From positions 1,504,001-1,568,000 of the forward strand of contig CBDFJF010000002.1 in the NCBI GenBank assembly GCA_965248265.1: DNA of 64,000 nt, written 5' to 3'. This document shows, one piece after another, positions 52,020-61,321 of this stretch. Numbering within the stretch: position 1 is the stretch's first letter; each line of letters begins with the position of its first letter. This stretch comes from Candidatus Latescibacterota bacterium (GTDB lineage Bacteria; Latescibacterota; UBA2968; UBA8231). The translations under genes were made by a program, and so were the position numbers. Below the pieces are notes generated by a model, which saw only the letters and a program-made list of their open reading frames with translations, was not told where the DNA came from and did no database searches.

Positions 52020-52922
52020 TCAGTAATCCACGGGGGTAGTCCAACGCTCTTCCTCGTGCGCGTCCCAGTAACGCTGCCGCATCTGCAGCGTCACAGGACC
52101 CGGCTTTCCGGCGCCGACCGGTGCACCGTCCAGTGTGGTCGCCGGCATGACGCCGCCGGCGGTGCTGGTGATGAAAACTTCCTCGGCGTCCCGCAACACA
52201 CTGGCATCGAATTGTTCGACCTTGGTTGAAATACCGAGTTCGGCAGCTTGTTCCAGCACTGTACGCCGGGTGATGCCTTCGAGCATACCGGAGGCGGGTG
52301 TCAGCAGGGCATTGCCATCATAGGCGAAGACGTTGAAGCCGGGTCCTTCCATGATGTTGCCATCGGCGTCGGCCAAAACGATCGTCTGACCGCCTTTTTC
52401 ATAGGCTTCGAAGAGACCGCGTACCATGTCCCCCCAGTGGAAATTCTTCACCGTCGGGTCCACGGCCTGGTTCGGGATGCGAATGGTTTTCTCGCTGATT
52501 ACCATGTGCGTGCCGATTTCCTGATCCTCGGGCTTGAGGATCCATATATAGGCGGTGGCATAGGCGTAGAACCGGTTTTTCATCAATCTGGGATCGCGGA
52601 CGCCGGGAAGGGCCATGCCGCGCGACATGATCATGGAGACATAGGCATTGTCGAGGCCGGCACGGCTGACGCAGCCGTCGAGGATGGCTCTCATTTCCGG
52701 TGCGGACAGCGGCGGGGTCATGTGCAGCCGCTGCCAGCTTGCTTCGAAGCGCTCGAGGTGTTCGTTCAAGCGGAAGTACTTCCTGTTCCAGACGGCCACG
52801 ACATCGTAGGTTGCATCGCAGCGCAGAAATCCCATGTCCGTGAGGGGTATTCGAGCCTCGGTCAAAGGGACATAGTCGCCGTCGACCCAGGCACAGCCGC
52901 TTTCGTAGTTGTTTTTGCTCAT
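52020..52922 (-). CDS. Fold-type IV PLP aminotransferase, (R)-selective amine transaminase-like
   Basis: DMGFLRCDATYDV, DPTVKNFHWGD, EGPGFNV, LEGITRRTV, TSTAGG; start MSKNNY. Confidence 0.88.
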   Translation of the reverse strand: MSKNNYESGCAWVDGDYVPLTEARIPLTDMGFLRCDATYDVVAVWNRKYFRLNEHLERFEASWQRLHMTPPLSAPEMRAILDGCVSRAGLDNAYVSMIMSRGMALPGVRDPRLMKNRFYAYATAYIWILKPEDQEIGTHMVISEKTIRIPNQAVDPTVKNFHWGDMVRGLFEAYEKGGQTIVLADADGNIMEGPGFNVFAYDGNALLTPASGMLEGITRRTVLEQAAELGISTKVEQFDASVLRDAEEVFITSTAGGVMPATTLDGAPVGAGKPGPVTLQMRQRYWDAHEEERWTTPVDY

Positions 52923-52940
52923 CAGCACAACATAACCATT

Positions 52941-53810
52941 ATGGATCTCCACATCATCGCCGTTATTCTGTTGTCGGCAGCTCTGCATCCATTTCGCGAG
53001 TTCTGGATCAAGGGCAACTCCGGGCCGGAAAGCCTGACTCTTGCCGTGGTCAGCGTATTCACGGTGCTGGCCGCCATCCATGCGACCGCATTGGGCCTGG
53101 ATCTGACTTCAGCCGTTTCGGTGTGGCCACTGGTAGTCGTATCCGCGGCGAGTGTCGTCGGTTTTTACTGGTTCCTGTTGCGCACCTTCGCCCATGGGGA
53201 TCTGTCCGTCTACTACCCCATCACACGGTCTTCGCCTCTTTTCGTCGTCATCGCCGGATCCCTTTTCCTGGGCCACTCCTATTCCGCGCTCTTGCTGCTC
53301 GGCGTAGCCCTGGTGTTGATCGGTGCTTTCTTTCTGCAATACGAGCGCGGAGCCCGGTTGCTGAGCCAACCGGCGACTCTGGCCATGGCCGTCATGACCA
53401 TGTCGGTCCAGGGGGTTACCACCCTCGCCGACGCTCAGGCCATGAATACCGTCAAGCCCGCGGCCTTCCTGTTCGCCGCATGCCTGATTATCACTCCCTG
53501 CGTGGCCCTCCTCTTTGCAATAACCAGGCCGAATTCCAGGTCGCTGGGCAGCCACCTTTTCGGGGGTTGGCGACACCAACCGGTGAGATTCCTGGCCGCA
53601 GGCACTTCCTGCTACCTCTCATATTATCTGCTCCTCGTCGCATTTCAACTCGGGGCAGGAGTAGCTGCGGCCAGCGCGGTGCGACAGGTATCGATTCCGA
53701 TTTCAGTGATAATGGGTGGGATGCTGTTCGGGGAGGCCAGGATGATGGGCCGGCTCGGATGGTCATTCGTGCTCGCCGTCGGTGTCGTCGTCATCATTCT
53801 GAGTCATTGA
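52941..53810 (+). CDS. DMT/EamA family transporter
   Basis: About 10 TMs, SAALH, GDLSVYYPITRSSP, AVRQVSI. Confidence 0.88.
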   Translation: MDLHIIAVILLSAALHPFREFWIKGNSGPESLTLAVVSVFTVLAAIHATALGLDLTSAVSVWPLVVVSAASVVGFYWFLLRTFAHGDLSVYYPITRSSPLFVVIAGSLFLGHSYSALLLLGVALVLIGAFFLQYERGARLLSQPATLAMAVMTMSVQGVTTLADAQAMNTVKPAAFLFAACLIITPCVALLFAITRPNSRSLGSHLFGGWRHQPVRFLAAGTSCYLSYYLLLVAFQLGAGVAAASAVRQVSIPISVIMGGMLFGEARMMGRLGWSFVLAVGVVVIILSH

Positions 53811-53936
53811 CGACTCAGTGTCATTCCGGGTAGAATCGCACAGTTGAGCAGTTGGGCGGGGACATCTATATCGCAAGTGGTGGTGGCGTGGAGCCTACGG
53901 GACGATGAAGGCACCGACCACGTTTCAGTTGATGTC

Positions 53937-53965
53937 TTGATAGCACACTATATTGATGTTATGAT
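53937..53965 (+). promoter_or_regulatory. Sigma70-type promoter of the vapBC pair, probably leaderless
   Basis: TTGATA-17 bp-TATGAT, 6 bp before ATG 53972; overlapped by direct repeats TTGATGT. Confidence 0.65.
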
Positions 53966-53971
53966 TGCAGA

Positions 53972-54250
53972 ATGAGAAGAACGACAGTCACACTGGATGC
54001 CGATGTGGAGCAACGCCTCAGGGAAGCGATGCGGCGGCAGGGCAAGGGCTTCAAGGAAACCCTCAACGACGTCCTGCGCCGCGGCTTGACCCCGTGTTCG
54101 GATCAGGAAAGCGAGCCATTCGAGGTAGAGTCTCGCCCGTTGCGCCTGCGGACGGGACTCGATCCTGCGCGACTCCGGGATTTGGACGATGACCTCGAAA
54201 TCGAGGAATTCCTACGCAAAACGGCTCGTCTCGCCGAGCACGGGAAGTGA
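53972..54250 (+). CDS. vapB: VapB-like RHH antitoxin
   Basis: MRRTTVTLDADV...FKETLNDVLRRGL; GTGA overlap with the PIN gene. Confidence 0.85.
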   Translation: MRRTTVTLDADVEQRLREAMRRQGKGFKETLNDVLRRGLTPCSDQESEPFEVESRPLRLRTGLDPARLRDLDDDLEIEEFLRKTARLAEHGK

Positions 54251-54675
54251 TCGTCCCCGACGCCAACCTGCTGCTCTACGCGTATGATGAAGCCAGTCCG
54301 TTCCACGCCCGAGCCAAGGCGTGGTGGAGCAACTGCCTCTCGGATCCCGAACCGGTGGGCCTCGTCGCCGTCGTCCTATTCGCCTTCGTACGCGTCGGCA
54401 CCAGTCCCAAGGTTTTCGAGAGCCCTCTGTCTATCACCGAGGCCACCCATCACGTCCGGGCTTGGATGCAGCTCCCCACGACGGAGCTGCTATCAGTGGT
54501 CAGCGCCGATGTCGATCAGGCTCTGGTCTGGTTGGCGGAGGCAGGCTCAGGCGCCCATCTGACAACGGACGCCCAGATCGCCGCCGTCGCCATGAGATGC
54601 CGCGCGCAAGTGCAGACCGCCGACACGGACTTCGCACGCTTCCCCGGTGTGAAATGGAAGAATCCCATCATTTGA
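54247..54675 (+). CDS. vapC: VapC PIN-domain toxin
   Basis: MIVPDANLLLYA, TDAQIAA, TADTDFARFPG. Confidence 0.92.
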   Translation: MIVPDANLLLYAYDEASPFHARAKAWWSNCLSDPEPVGLVAVVLFAFVRVGTSPKVFESPLSITEATHHVRAWMQLPTTELLSVVSADVDQALVWLAEAGSGAHLTTDAQIAAVAMRCRAQVQTADTDFARFPGVKWKNPII

Positions 54676-54807
54676 AACAAGCATGGCTGGAACGCGTTCG
54701 TATCCGTGTACCACGCTGCAAGGTCAGTGACGGGAGGAGGTTGGTGGAAAGTGGTGGGTGAGTGGCCAAGAGCGCCGGTTAGGTTTGGCGCAGGGCGGGA
54801 TGATGAG

Positions 54808-55335
54808 CTATGGAAACAGGTAGCCCTGGTCGCCTGGCCCCTTCGAATCGATCTTCAGAATCTTGACTTTTTTGGGCAGCGGATCTACAGCAGCGGCGTC
54901 GACGAACCCGATCGCGCCCGCATGGTCGCCCACGTGGCCAACAATCTCCGCCCGGGACCTGGCAGCCTTGGGGAGTTCGGGCATTTCGCCCCGAAAGACC
55001 ATTCCGAACCACTGGGTGCGCAAGCGCATGGCTGACATACCTGTCGCATTCTTGTAGAACGCTTTGGCCCAATCGAATTTGCCCTTGCAATCGATCAACA
55101 TGACCCGCTCTTTGCTCTCGGAAGCAAAGTCCCAGCGCCCGATGTCTCCCTTGTAGAGCTGTTTGAGCTCACTGTGACTTACGGAATCCACCGTGTTGGC
55201 GGCGTTGATGATAACTGCGGTGGCTGCATGGACCGGTGCAGCAACGGCGATTAGCGCCAGCAGCAGGAAGGGCATTCCCAGCCAGTGTCTGCGATGTGGC
55301 CTGTGGTCCGTGAGTGACACTCCGTCCGTCCTCAT
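54808..55335 (-). CDS. Small periplasmic binding-like protein (phosphate ABC SBP-like)
   Basis: AVIINAAN, LKQLYKG, W..MVFRG..P, GAIGFV. Confidence 0.75.
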   Translation of the reverse strand: MRTDGVSLTDHRPHRRHWLGMPFLLLALIAVAAPVHAATAVIINAANTVDSVSHSELKQLYKGDIGRWDFASESKERVMLIDCKGKFDWAKAFYKNATGMSAMRLRTQWFGMVFRGEMPELPKAARSRAEIVGHVGDHAGAIGFVDAAAVDPLPKKVKILKIDSKGPGDQGYLFP

Positions 55336-56348
55336 TAAAAGGCGATGGCGACTTGCGTCAACAAGTCGTTACTGCTGCTGCCTGCCGGGCTGTTGTGGCG
55401 GAGTTGCAATTTGGCCACCGCCAGGTCGGAGAAGTGATAACCGAAACCCAGCGAATAAACCTTTTTGTCAGATGCCTTAAAGAAAATGTCGTCCGCATCG
55501 ACCTTCAGGTAATCGAACTTGACGAACGGTGTCCACAAACCGCTGTCGTAGGCCGCAAGAGCTCCTACGGCCTTGGCCGAGGAGTCGTTGCCGCTGGTGT
55601 CGCCGTCGCTGTTGGCCAGGACGAGCTCAGCCTCGATCATGACGTCCCCTCGACGAGCAGCGATGCTGGGAGACAAGATGAGCAAGGTCAAGTCTTCGGT
55701 GGCTGCTCCAGCCTGCAGCGACATCTCCCCTCTCGCCGCGCCCTGAGATACGCTCTCGCGATATACCGACAGGCCCAGGTCGACGTCGTCGATCGCTCTG
55801 CTGCGCAAGTGGATATTTACAGATTTCCCATCATCGTTATCACTTTTAGGCGATCCACCGGTTCCGTTGCCAATCATCAAATCGTAAGAAATGCGCGCAC
55901 CAGAAGACTGCTTTCCTGAGAGCAGCAGGCCCGTCGTGTGGATTGGGAAAAGGCTTCTGCTCACTGGCTTGTCGATGGATGCGAACAGGAACGAGCCGTG
56001 GTGGTAGGTGCGGTTCCAGTAACCGACAGCCGAGTGGAATTTTCCGACAGATGCGTTCAGGAACTGGTTGAACTCGTAGCGCACCCAGAATCTTTCGAGC
56101 GCGAGTTCCCAGCCGTCCGCTCCTTCGTGCTCGACCGTGATCTCACTCAGGTACGACGTCCGTTCGTCCAGAGTGCCAGTGACGTAGGTGTCGTATTCGC
56201 CCAGTTTGAAGCGTGAGTCGCTCCCGGGCCCTTCGATCATATCAAAGTTGACATCCGCAAAGCCGTGCACGGACTTGATGATTTCCTGAGCCGAGCCGAG
56301 GGCCGGACAGAGTAACAGTGCCGAGGCGATATAAGAAATTGTGCGCAT
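55335..56348 (-). CDS. Outer-membrane porin-like beta-barrel protein
   Basis: Signal peptide, LERFWVRY, GKFHSAVGYWN..HHG, terminal Phe (VAIAF). Confidence 0.8.
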   Translation of the reverse strand: MRTISYIASALLLCPALGSAQEIIKSVHGFADVNFDMIEGPGSDSRFKLGEYDTYVTGTLDERTSYLSEITVEHEGADGWELALERFWVRYEFNQFLNASVGKFHSAVGYWNRTYHHGSFLFASIDKPVSRSLFPIHTTGLLLSGKQSSGARISYDLMIGNGTGGSPKSDNDDGKSVNIHLRSRAIDDVDLGLSVYRESVSQGAARGEMSLQAGAATEDLTLLILSPSIAARRGDVMIEAELVLANSDGDTSGNDSSAKAVGALAAYDSGLWTPFVKFDYLKVDADDIFFKASDKKVYSLGFGYHFSDLAVAKLQLRHNSPAGSSSNDLLTQVAIAF

Positions 56349-56429
56349 GCCAGGCAAGATAAGGACAAAACTCGATTCACCAACAAAAAAATTCGGTTGG
56401 CCGGCCGGCTCGCCGCTGACAGCCAGCCA

Positions 56430-57527
56430 TCATTCCTGTCGCTGTCGCCACCTTTTTCTGCGCTCCTGTCGCCATCGATCGAACTCCTCCTGACCGAACT
56501 CGATGGCCGGGACTTGGCCTTGCCAGGCTTCGGCGATGATGCGCATGATGGGCGGTGTCGCCAGTTGGAAATCGCGGCCGATGGGGTGGGGGTGGGGGAA
56601 CCACTTCCACAAGAGGGCGCCGAGAATGCGGGGTTCATCGCCGATGGCATCGAGAGCGGTGAGCCAACACAACTCCTGGATGACTCGAGCCCCTTCATCG
56701 TCGATACGGTAGTTCCAGGGTTCGGCAGCCGTCGTGTAGGATTGATTGTAACCCAGCTCGGTGAACAGAATGTTGCGATTGTGCTTCTCGCCATAAGCGC
56801 GCAGCTCAGCGACGATTCTCTGCCATCCAGCCTTGATATCCACTGCCGTCGGGTTTTCTACCTCTGAAACGGGAAAGTACCCCTGGATGCCTATCACATC
56901 CAAAGCATCCCAAAAGGGCACGCGTCGGTAATCCGACCAGTTGGCCGCATAGGTGACGGGACCATCGTACACCTTTCGCACGTCTGCGATGAGCGTACGC
57001 CATTGGGCTTCGTGTTGCAGAGTCCGGTCGAGTTCCGTGCCGATGATGAAGGCGTCGGCCTTGCTGCAGGCCGCGGCCAGTTCGAGGATCCATGCGCTGT
57101 AGTCTTCCCAGAAACGTTCCCACTGTTCGTCGGTGTCGAAGGTGATGTCGCCGCGCCAGGAGAAGCCACTGCGCCAGTAAGCCAGATGGGGTTTGATGCA
57201 GACTTTGAGGCCCTGCGCGTGACCTTCGACGATAGGACGAGTCCAGTGCGCAGGCGGGGTGTCGCCATTCCCGCGTCGGCGCCTGACCACGCCATCGGCG
57301 GTGATACTGCCATAGGGATGCGTGGCAATCCAGTTGGCGCCAAGGGTTTTGACGTCCCGGACTGTCGGCACCATTGCGTCGTGGGCCCAGTCCTGGCCAC
57401 TGCCATGGGTAGAGATGGTGATGCCGCGAACGACGATATCGTCCTCCGCGGGAGTACTTGCCGTCGTCGGGCCGACCACAGCGCCCAGAAGTACCCCGAG
57501 GATCAACCGGAAAATCATCTCATACAT
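56430..57527 (-). CDS. GH113-like TIM-barrel glycoside hydrolase
   Basis: IKPHL, WRGDI, IGTELD, TYAANW, FWDALDVIG, FTELGY. Confidence 0.85.
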   Translation of the reverse strand: MYEMIFRLILGVLLGAVVGPTTASTPAEDDIVVRGITISTHGSGQDWAHDAMVPTVRDVKTLGANWIATHPYGSITADGVVRRRRGNGDTPPAHWTRPIVEGHAQGLKVCIKPHLAYWRSGFSWRGDITFDTDEQWERFWEDYSAWILELAAACSKADAFIIGTELDRTLQHEAQWRTLIADVRKVYDGPVTYAANWSDYRRVPFWDALDVIGIQGYFPVSEVENPTAVDIKAGWQRIVAELRAYGEKHNRNILFTELGYNQSYTTAAEPWNYRIDDEGARVIQELCWLTALDAIGDEPRILGALLWKWFPHPHPIGRDFQLATPPIMRIIAEAWQGQVPAIEFGQEEFDRWRQERRKRWRQRQE

Positions 57528-57582
57528 ATCTTATGTTGCTCTACTAGCCACGTATATGTATACGATCCAATACGGAGGGCTC

Positions 57583-57734
57583 ATGGTCAGCGAAGAGTGC
57601 ATATTGTTCAGCGGAGGAAGAGCTGGAGAAAGGCGACGTTCAGCCTCAGCTACGTGTCCAAATTGCTGAATCGAACCTACACCGAAACGTCGACTTTCCG
57701 CAAAATCTTGCAGAGCATCTGGTACCAGATCAAC
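57583..57734 (+). pseudogene. Internally deleted, frameshifted remnant of a hypothetical gene
   Basis: GGAGG RBS, MVSEECILFSGG, then EELEKGDV, then SLSYVSKLLNRTY...RKILQSIWYQIN in three different frames. Confidence 0.5.
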
Positions 57735-57765
57735 CCACCCCACATAGTCGGGATCGGAAATTAAC

Positions 57766-58896
57766 ATGACCAAACCAGCAGTGATGAAATTGGAGACAGG
57801 CGGTGGCGCGTACGAGCGAGGTGTTGAACATGGCTCCAAGGCAGGGGGCCTGGTGCGCAAGGGAGTGGACTTCTACGTCAACATGTGGGAGCAGAATACC
57901 GGTGGAAGCAGGGCGGAAGTGTTGGAGACGGCCGGCAAGTTCGCCGCGCCGATCGGCGACTTCGATGCGGAAATCTTGCGCGAAATCGAAGGTATTGCCG
58001 ACGGTGCCAATGTTCCCGTTGAAGAGGTCCTGTTGATCAATGCTCGTTACGAGTTGATGATCGCGACGGTATTCGACAATCCCTCACCGAATGGTGCGGC
58101 TCCAGGGGAGTGCACGTCGCTGGCTGCTTCCCCCGAGGCTACCGGCGGCCATACACTGATCGCCCAGAACTGGGACTGGACGGTCGAGGCGGGCCAGCGC
58201 TGTGTGCTACTGGAGATCCACCAGGATGGCCGTCCCGATCTGTTGACGCACGTGGAAGCAGGGATGATCGGGCATAAGGGATTGAACACAGAAGGTCTCG
58301 GGTTGTGCGCCAATGCGATGGCCTCGCAGCACGACCGCTTCGTTCCTGCGGTGCCGGTGTGGGTGCTGGCTCGATCGGCGTTGACCTGCGCGAGCCTCGA
58401 GCAGGTCGAAGAGAGGATGAACCAGGCTGAGCGCACGGCGTCGATCAATTTCACCGTGGCATCGAGCGATGGGGAAGTCGGTGCGGTCGAGGTGACACCG
58501 AAGGATGTCAAGGTCGTGGCGTCCAAGCGCGGCCGGGTGTCACACGGGAACGTATTTGCAGGCCTGTCCCCCGAGCGTGACGTCGAAGATCGCCTCGCCG
58601 TCCTCTACCCGCAGTTTTGCGACCGCGCCCGGCGCGCGGAGGAGCTGGTCCAGAAGGAAGGTGTGAGCGTGGAGCGTTTGATGGCGGTGCTGATCGACCA
58701 TGAGAATCGACCGGAGTCGATCTGCCGTCACTGGGAGGATGCTCCTGCCGAGACTTCCGAGGGCCTGCTGTTGGAGACCGTTGCCTCAGTAATCATGGAC
58801 CTGAATGATGGGAAGCTCTGGGTTACGGCAGGGCCACCTTGCCAGGGAGAATACGACGAGCACGTGCTGTCGCGAGAGGTTTCCGCGGTGAAATAG
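57766..58896 (+). CDS. C45 family autoproteolytic acyltransferase/hydrolase
   Basis: INARYE, ECTSLA (nucleophile Cys), AQNWDW, EAGMIGHKGLN, SICRH. Confidence 0.9.
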   Translation: MTKPAVMKLETGGGAYERGVEHGSKAGGLVRKGVDFYVNMWEQNTGGSRAEVLETAGKFAAPIGDFDAEILREIEGIADGANVPVEEVLLINARYELMIATVFDNPSPNGAAPGECTSLAASPEATGGHTLIAQNWDWTVEAGQRCVLLEIHQDGRPDLLTHVEAGMIGHKGLNTEGLGLCANAMASQHDRFVPAVPVWVLARSALTCASLEQVEERMNQAERTASINFTVASSDGEVGAVEVTPKDVKVVASKRGRVSHGNVFAGLSPERDVEDRLAVLYPQFCDRARRAEELVQKEGVSVERLMAVLIDHENRPESICRHWEDAPAETSEGLLLETVASVIMDLNDGKLWVTAGPPCQGEYDEHVLSREVSAVK

Positions 58897-59058
58897 CGGC
58901 AGCTTGCGCCACCACCTCTCCCGCCCTGACGGGCATTCGCTGGATGACGCCGAGGAAACAAATGCGGCTTCATGTGAGCCTCCATACAGAAATTTGATAC
59001 AGCTCCCGCATCTTTAGCATCAGATGTTGCCACCGAACATGGGAAACGAGATTACGAC

Positions 59059-61194
59059 ATGAGCCAAGTCATTCACGCCGGTTTCACACTTTGTGCACTG
59101 ACGTGTGCACTATTTCTGACGACGGCCAGTGTGGCTCAAAATCTGCCGACCCCCACTGCCGGATCCGTTGTCATCGGCCTGCGGCCGCTGGTGCCTGCAC
59201 AAGGCGAGGTGACAACCCTGACCGTTACGGGTGAATTCCCGTTCGCCAATGGGATCGTGGCGCCGGATCAACTCGAGATCGTCCCCGAACTGGTAACGGT
59301 CGATCTTACGTCATCCTGGATTGAGGGTACGGATGGCCCTGACGGGGGAGAATCGACGAGTTGGGCGGTCCCGCTGGAATTGGGCGATCTGGAGCAGAAC
59401 GTCTACGACGTGATCGTGCGAATAAACGGCGAGCAAGTTCTCTTCACCTTCTTCATGGTTGAGGCTGCCAGGACGGAGCCAGAACCATTGCGCGATCCGG
59501 CACCTACAGTCGTTCCGCAACGCTCCCTGGGAATAAACCTGGCGCCGGCGAAAGATGCCTCGCATGTGCTCATCTTCGTCGATGCCTTCAAGGTCGCGCG
59601 GACGTGGATTCCCCACCGCCCTTCGGACGAAACCTGGGATACGGGCGAAGCGCTCGATCTTGATGAGCTCGGCTGGGTGCGATCAGTACAACCGGATCAG
59701 GAGGCCGGCACGCTGGCCATGCTGGAACTCGGCGACGCTTACCCGGGCGGTCGCTGGACGGCCCTCTACGATGGAGAGGGGGATCTTGATTTCGAGTGGG
59801 ATGCCCGTGTCATCGACCGTGAACCTGGCCGCATCACCCTTTGGGTGACGCCGGAAGAGGGAATCCACGTGGTGATCCGGGAGACCAACCCCGATAACTA
59901 CATCCGCAACATCCGTCTGATCATGCCGGGACATGAGGAGACCTATCTCGACCAGCCGTTTCACGTGAGCTATGTAGACTTCCTGCGTCAGTTTGGCGTG
60001 CTGCGGTTCATGGACTGGGCTGACATGAACGAGCCGGAGAACAACGTGCCCGAGGTGGGCGAATGGTCGCAGCGCATCACACCCGACCACGCTTCACAAG
60101 GCACTATTCGTGGTGTTTCGGTCGAATACATGATCCGTTTTGCCAACACCGTGGGTGCCGATCCCTGGATATGCGTGCCGATCGTGGCGACCGATGACTA
60201 CATCCAGCGCCTTGCAGTGACGGTTGAGGAAGAACTGGATCCCGAGCGCCGGGTGTACGTCGAGCTCTCCAACGAGGTGTGGAATCCGTCTTTTCCGCAG
60301 CACTTCGTTGCCGCAGAACAGGGGCGTGCGCGGGGGTACGATGACGCCGATGCGGCTGAGCTGTTCCGTTTCTTCGTACCCGACCACGAAACCTTTCTGG
60401 CGGCGCTGCGTTTTCACTCGGCGCGTTCGGTTGAAGTATTCGGGTTTTTCGAGGCCGTGTTCGGTACGTCGTCCAACCGGTTAGTCAAGGTCATGGCTGG
60501 ATTCTCGCCGGACGGCGCCGAATTCGCTAACAATGTCGCCACCGAGATCCTCGATTGGCAGGACGCCTATCTGCACACGGACAAGTACGCGATAGCTCCT
60601 TACTTCGGCGGCTTCCTGGCCACGGAGGAGTACGTAGACGACGTGGAGTCCACGAGCGTCGACGATCTGATCGAGATCGTCAGGGGCGACATGCGGTTCA
60701 TGATCGACGTCGGGCGCAACGTCAGCGAGACGGTGGCCTCGCGCGGCCTCGACCTCGTCACCTACGAAGCGGGGCAGCATATGGTGCAGGCTTCAGAGAC
60801 TCCCTATCTCAGCGAGGCCGTGCGCGATAAGCTCCACATGGTCCACGACGATTCCCGCATGTTCGATATTTACCAGGAGTACCTGGCCAGCTGGCATGAG
60901 TACAGCAGCCTGATGAACCTGTTCAACGACAGCCTGCCGCTGGGCAGATTCGGTCTGGTATCACGATGGGATCAGAGCGAGCCTTACCCGAAAACCCTGG
61001 CCGTCCTGGAGTTCCTGCAGACCGTCCCCTTCACCTTCGCAGGGGACGGCGACGGGGATCGGGACGTCGACTACGACGACTTCTTCCTATTCTCGGAGGC
61101 CTTCGGAACCGATGATCGGCGGTTCGACTTCGATGAGGACGGACGCGTCGATTTTACCGACTTTTTCGGATTCGTGGACGTGTTTGGCACGTAA
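59059..61194 (+). CDS. Secreted cellulose-binding/GH-A-like protein with C-terminal EF-hand (dockerin-like) pair
   Basis: LRFMDW, YVELSNEVWN, IAPYFG, YEAGQH; DGDGDRDVDYDDF and DFDEDGRVDFTDF. Confidence 0.8.
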   Translation: MSQVIHAGFTLCALTCALFLTTASVAQNLPTPTAGSVVIGLRPLVPAQGEVTTLTVTGEFPFANGIVAPDQLEIVPELVTVDLTSSWIEGTDGPDGGESTSWAVPLELGDLEQNVYDVIVRINGEQVLFTFFMVEAARTEPEPLRDPAPTVVPQRSLGINLAPAKDASHVLIFVDAFKVARTWIPHRPSDETWDTGEALDLDELGWVRSVQPDQEAGTLAMLELGDAYPGGRWTALYDGEGDLDFEWDARVIDREPGRITLWVTPEEGIHVVIRETNPDNYIRNIRLIMPGHEETYLDQPFHVSYVDFLRQFGVLRFMDWADMNEPENNVPEVGEWSQRITPDHASQGTIRGVSVEYMIRFANTVGADPWICVPIVATDDYIQRLAVTVEEELDPERRVYVELSNEVWNPSFPQHFVAAEQGRARGYDDADAAELFRFFVPDHETFLAALRFHSARSVEVFGFFEAVFGTSSNRLVKVMAGFSPDGAEFANNVATEILDWQDAYLHTDKYAIAPYFGGFLATEEYVDDVESTSVDDLIEIVRGDMRFMIDVGRNVSETVASRGLDLVTYEAGQHMVQASETPYLSEAVRDKLHMVHDDSRMFDIYQEYLASWHEYSSLMNLFNDSLPLGRFGLVSRWDQSEPYPKTLAVLEFLQTVPFTFAGDGDGDRDVDYDDFFLFSEAFGTDDRRFDFDEDGRVDFTDFFGFVDVFGT

Positions 61195-61321
61195 GCTGAA
61201 CGTCCAAACAACACATTCCACCGGCGCGGTGAGTAGGATGATGGATGTGCTCTTGAAGGGAGCCGCCAGTCCGGGGGAAAGGCCGAGCCTACCTTCTACG
61301 TCGTCTACATAGCAGCTTCTT

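Noticed and set aside
52248-52940. N-terminal extension of the 520-aa DMT ORF
   Set aside because: Antisense to the aminotransferase; the transporter sequence begins at ATG 52941
53811-54807. Mobile element or island around vapBC
   Set aside because: No integrase, transposase, tRNA or flanking repeats seen
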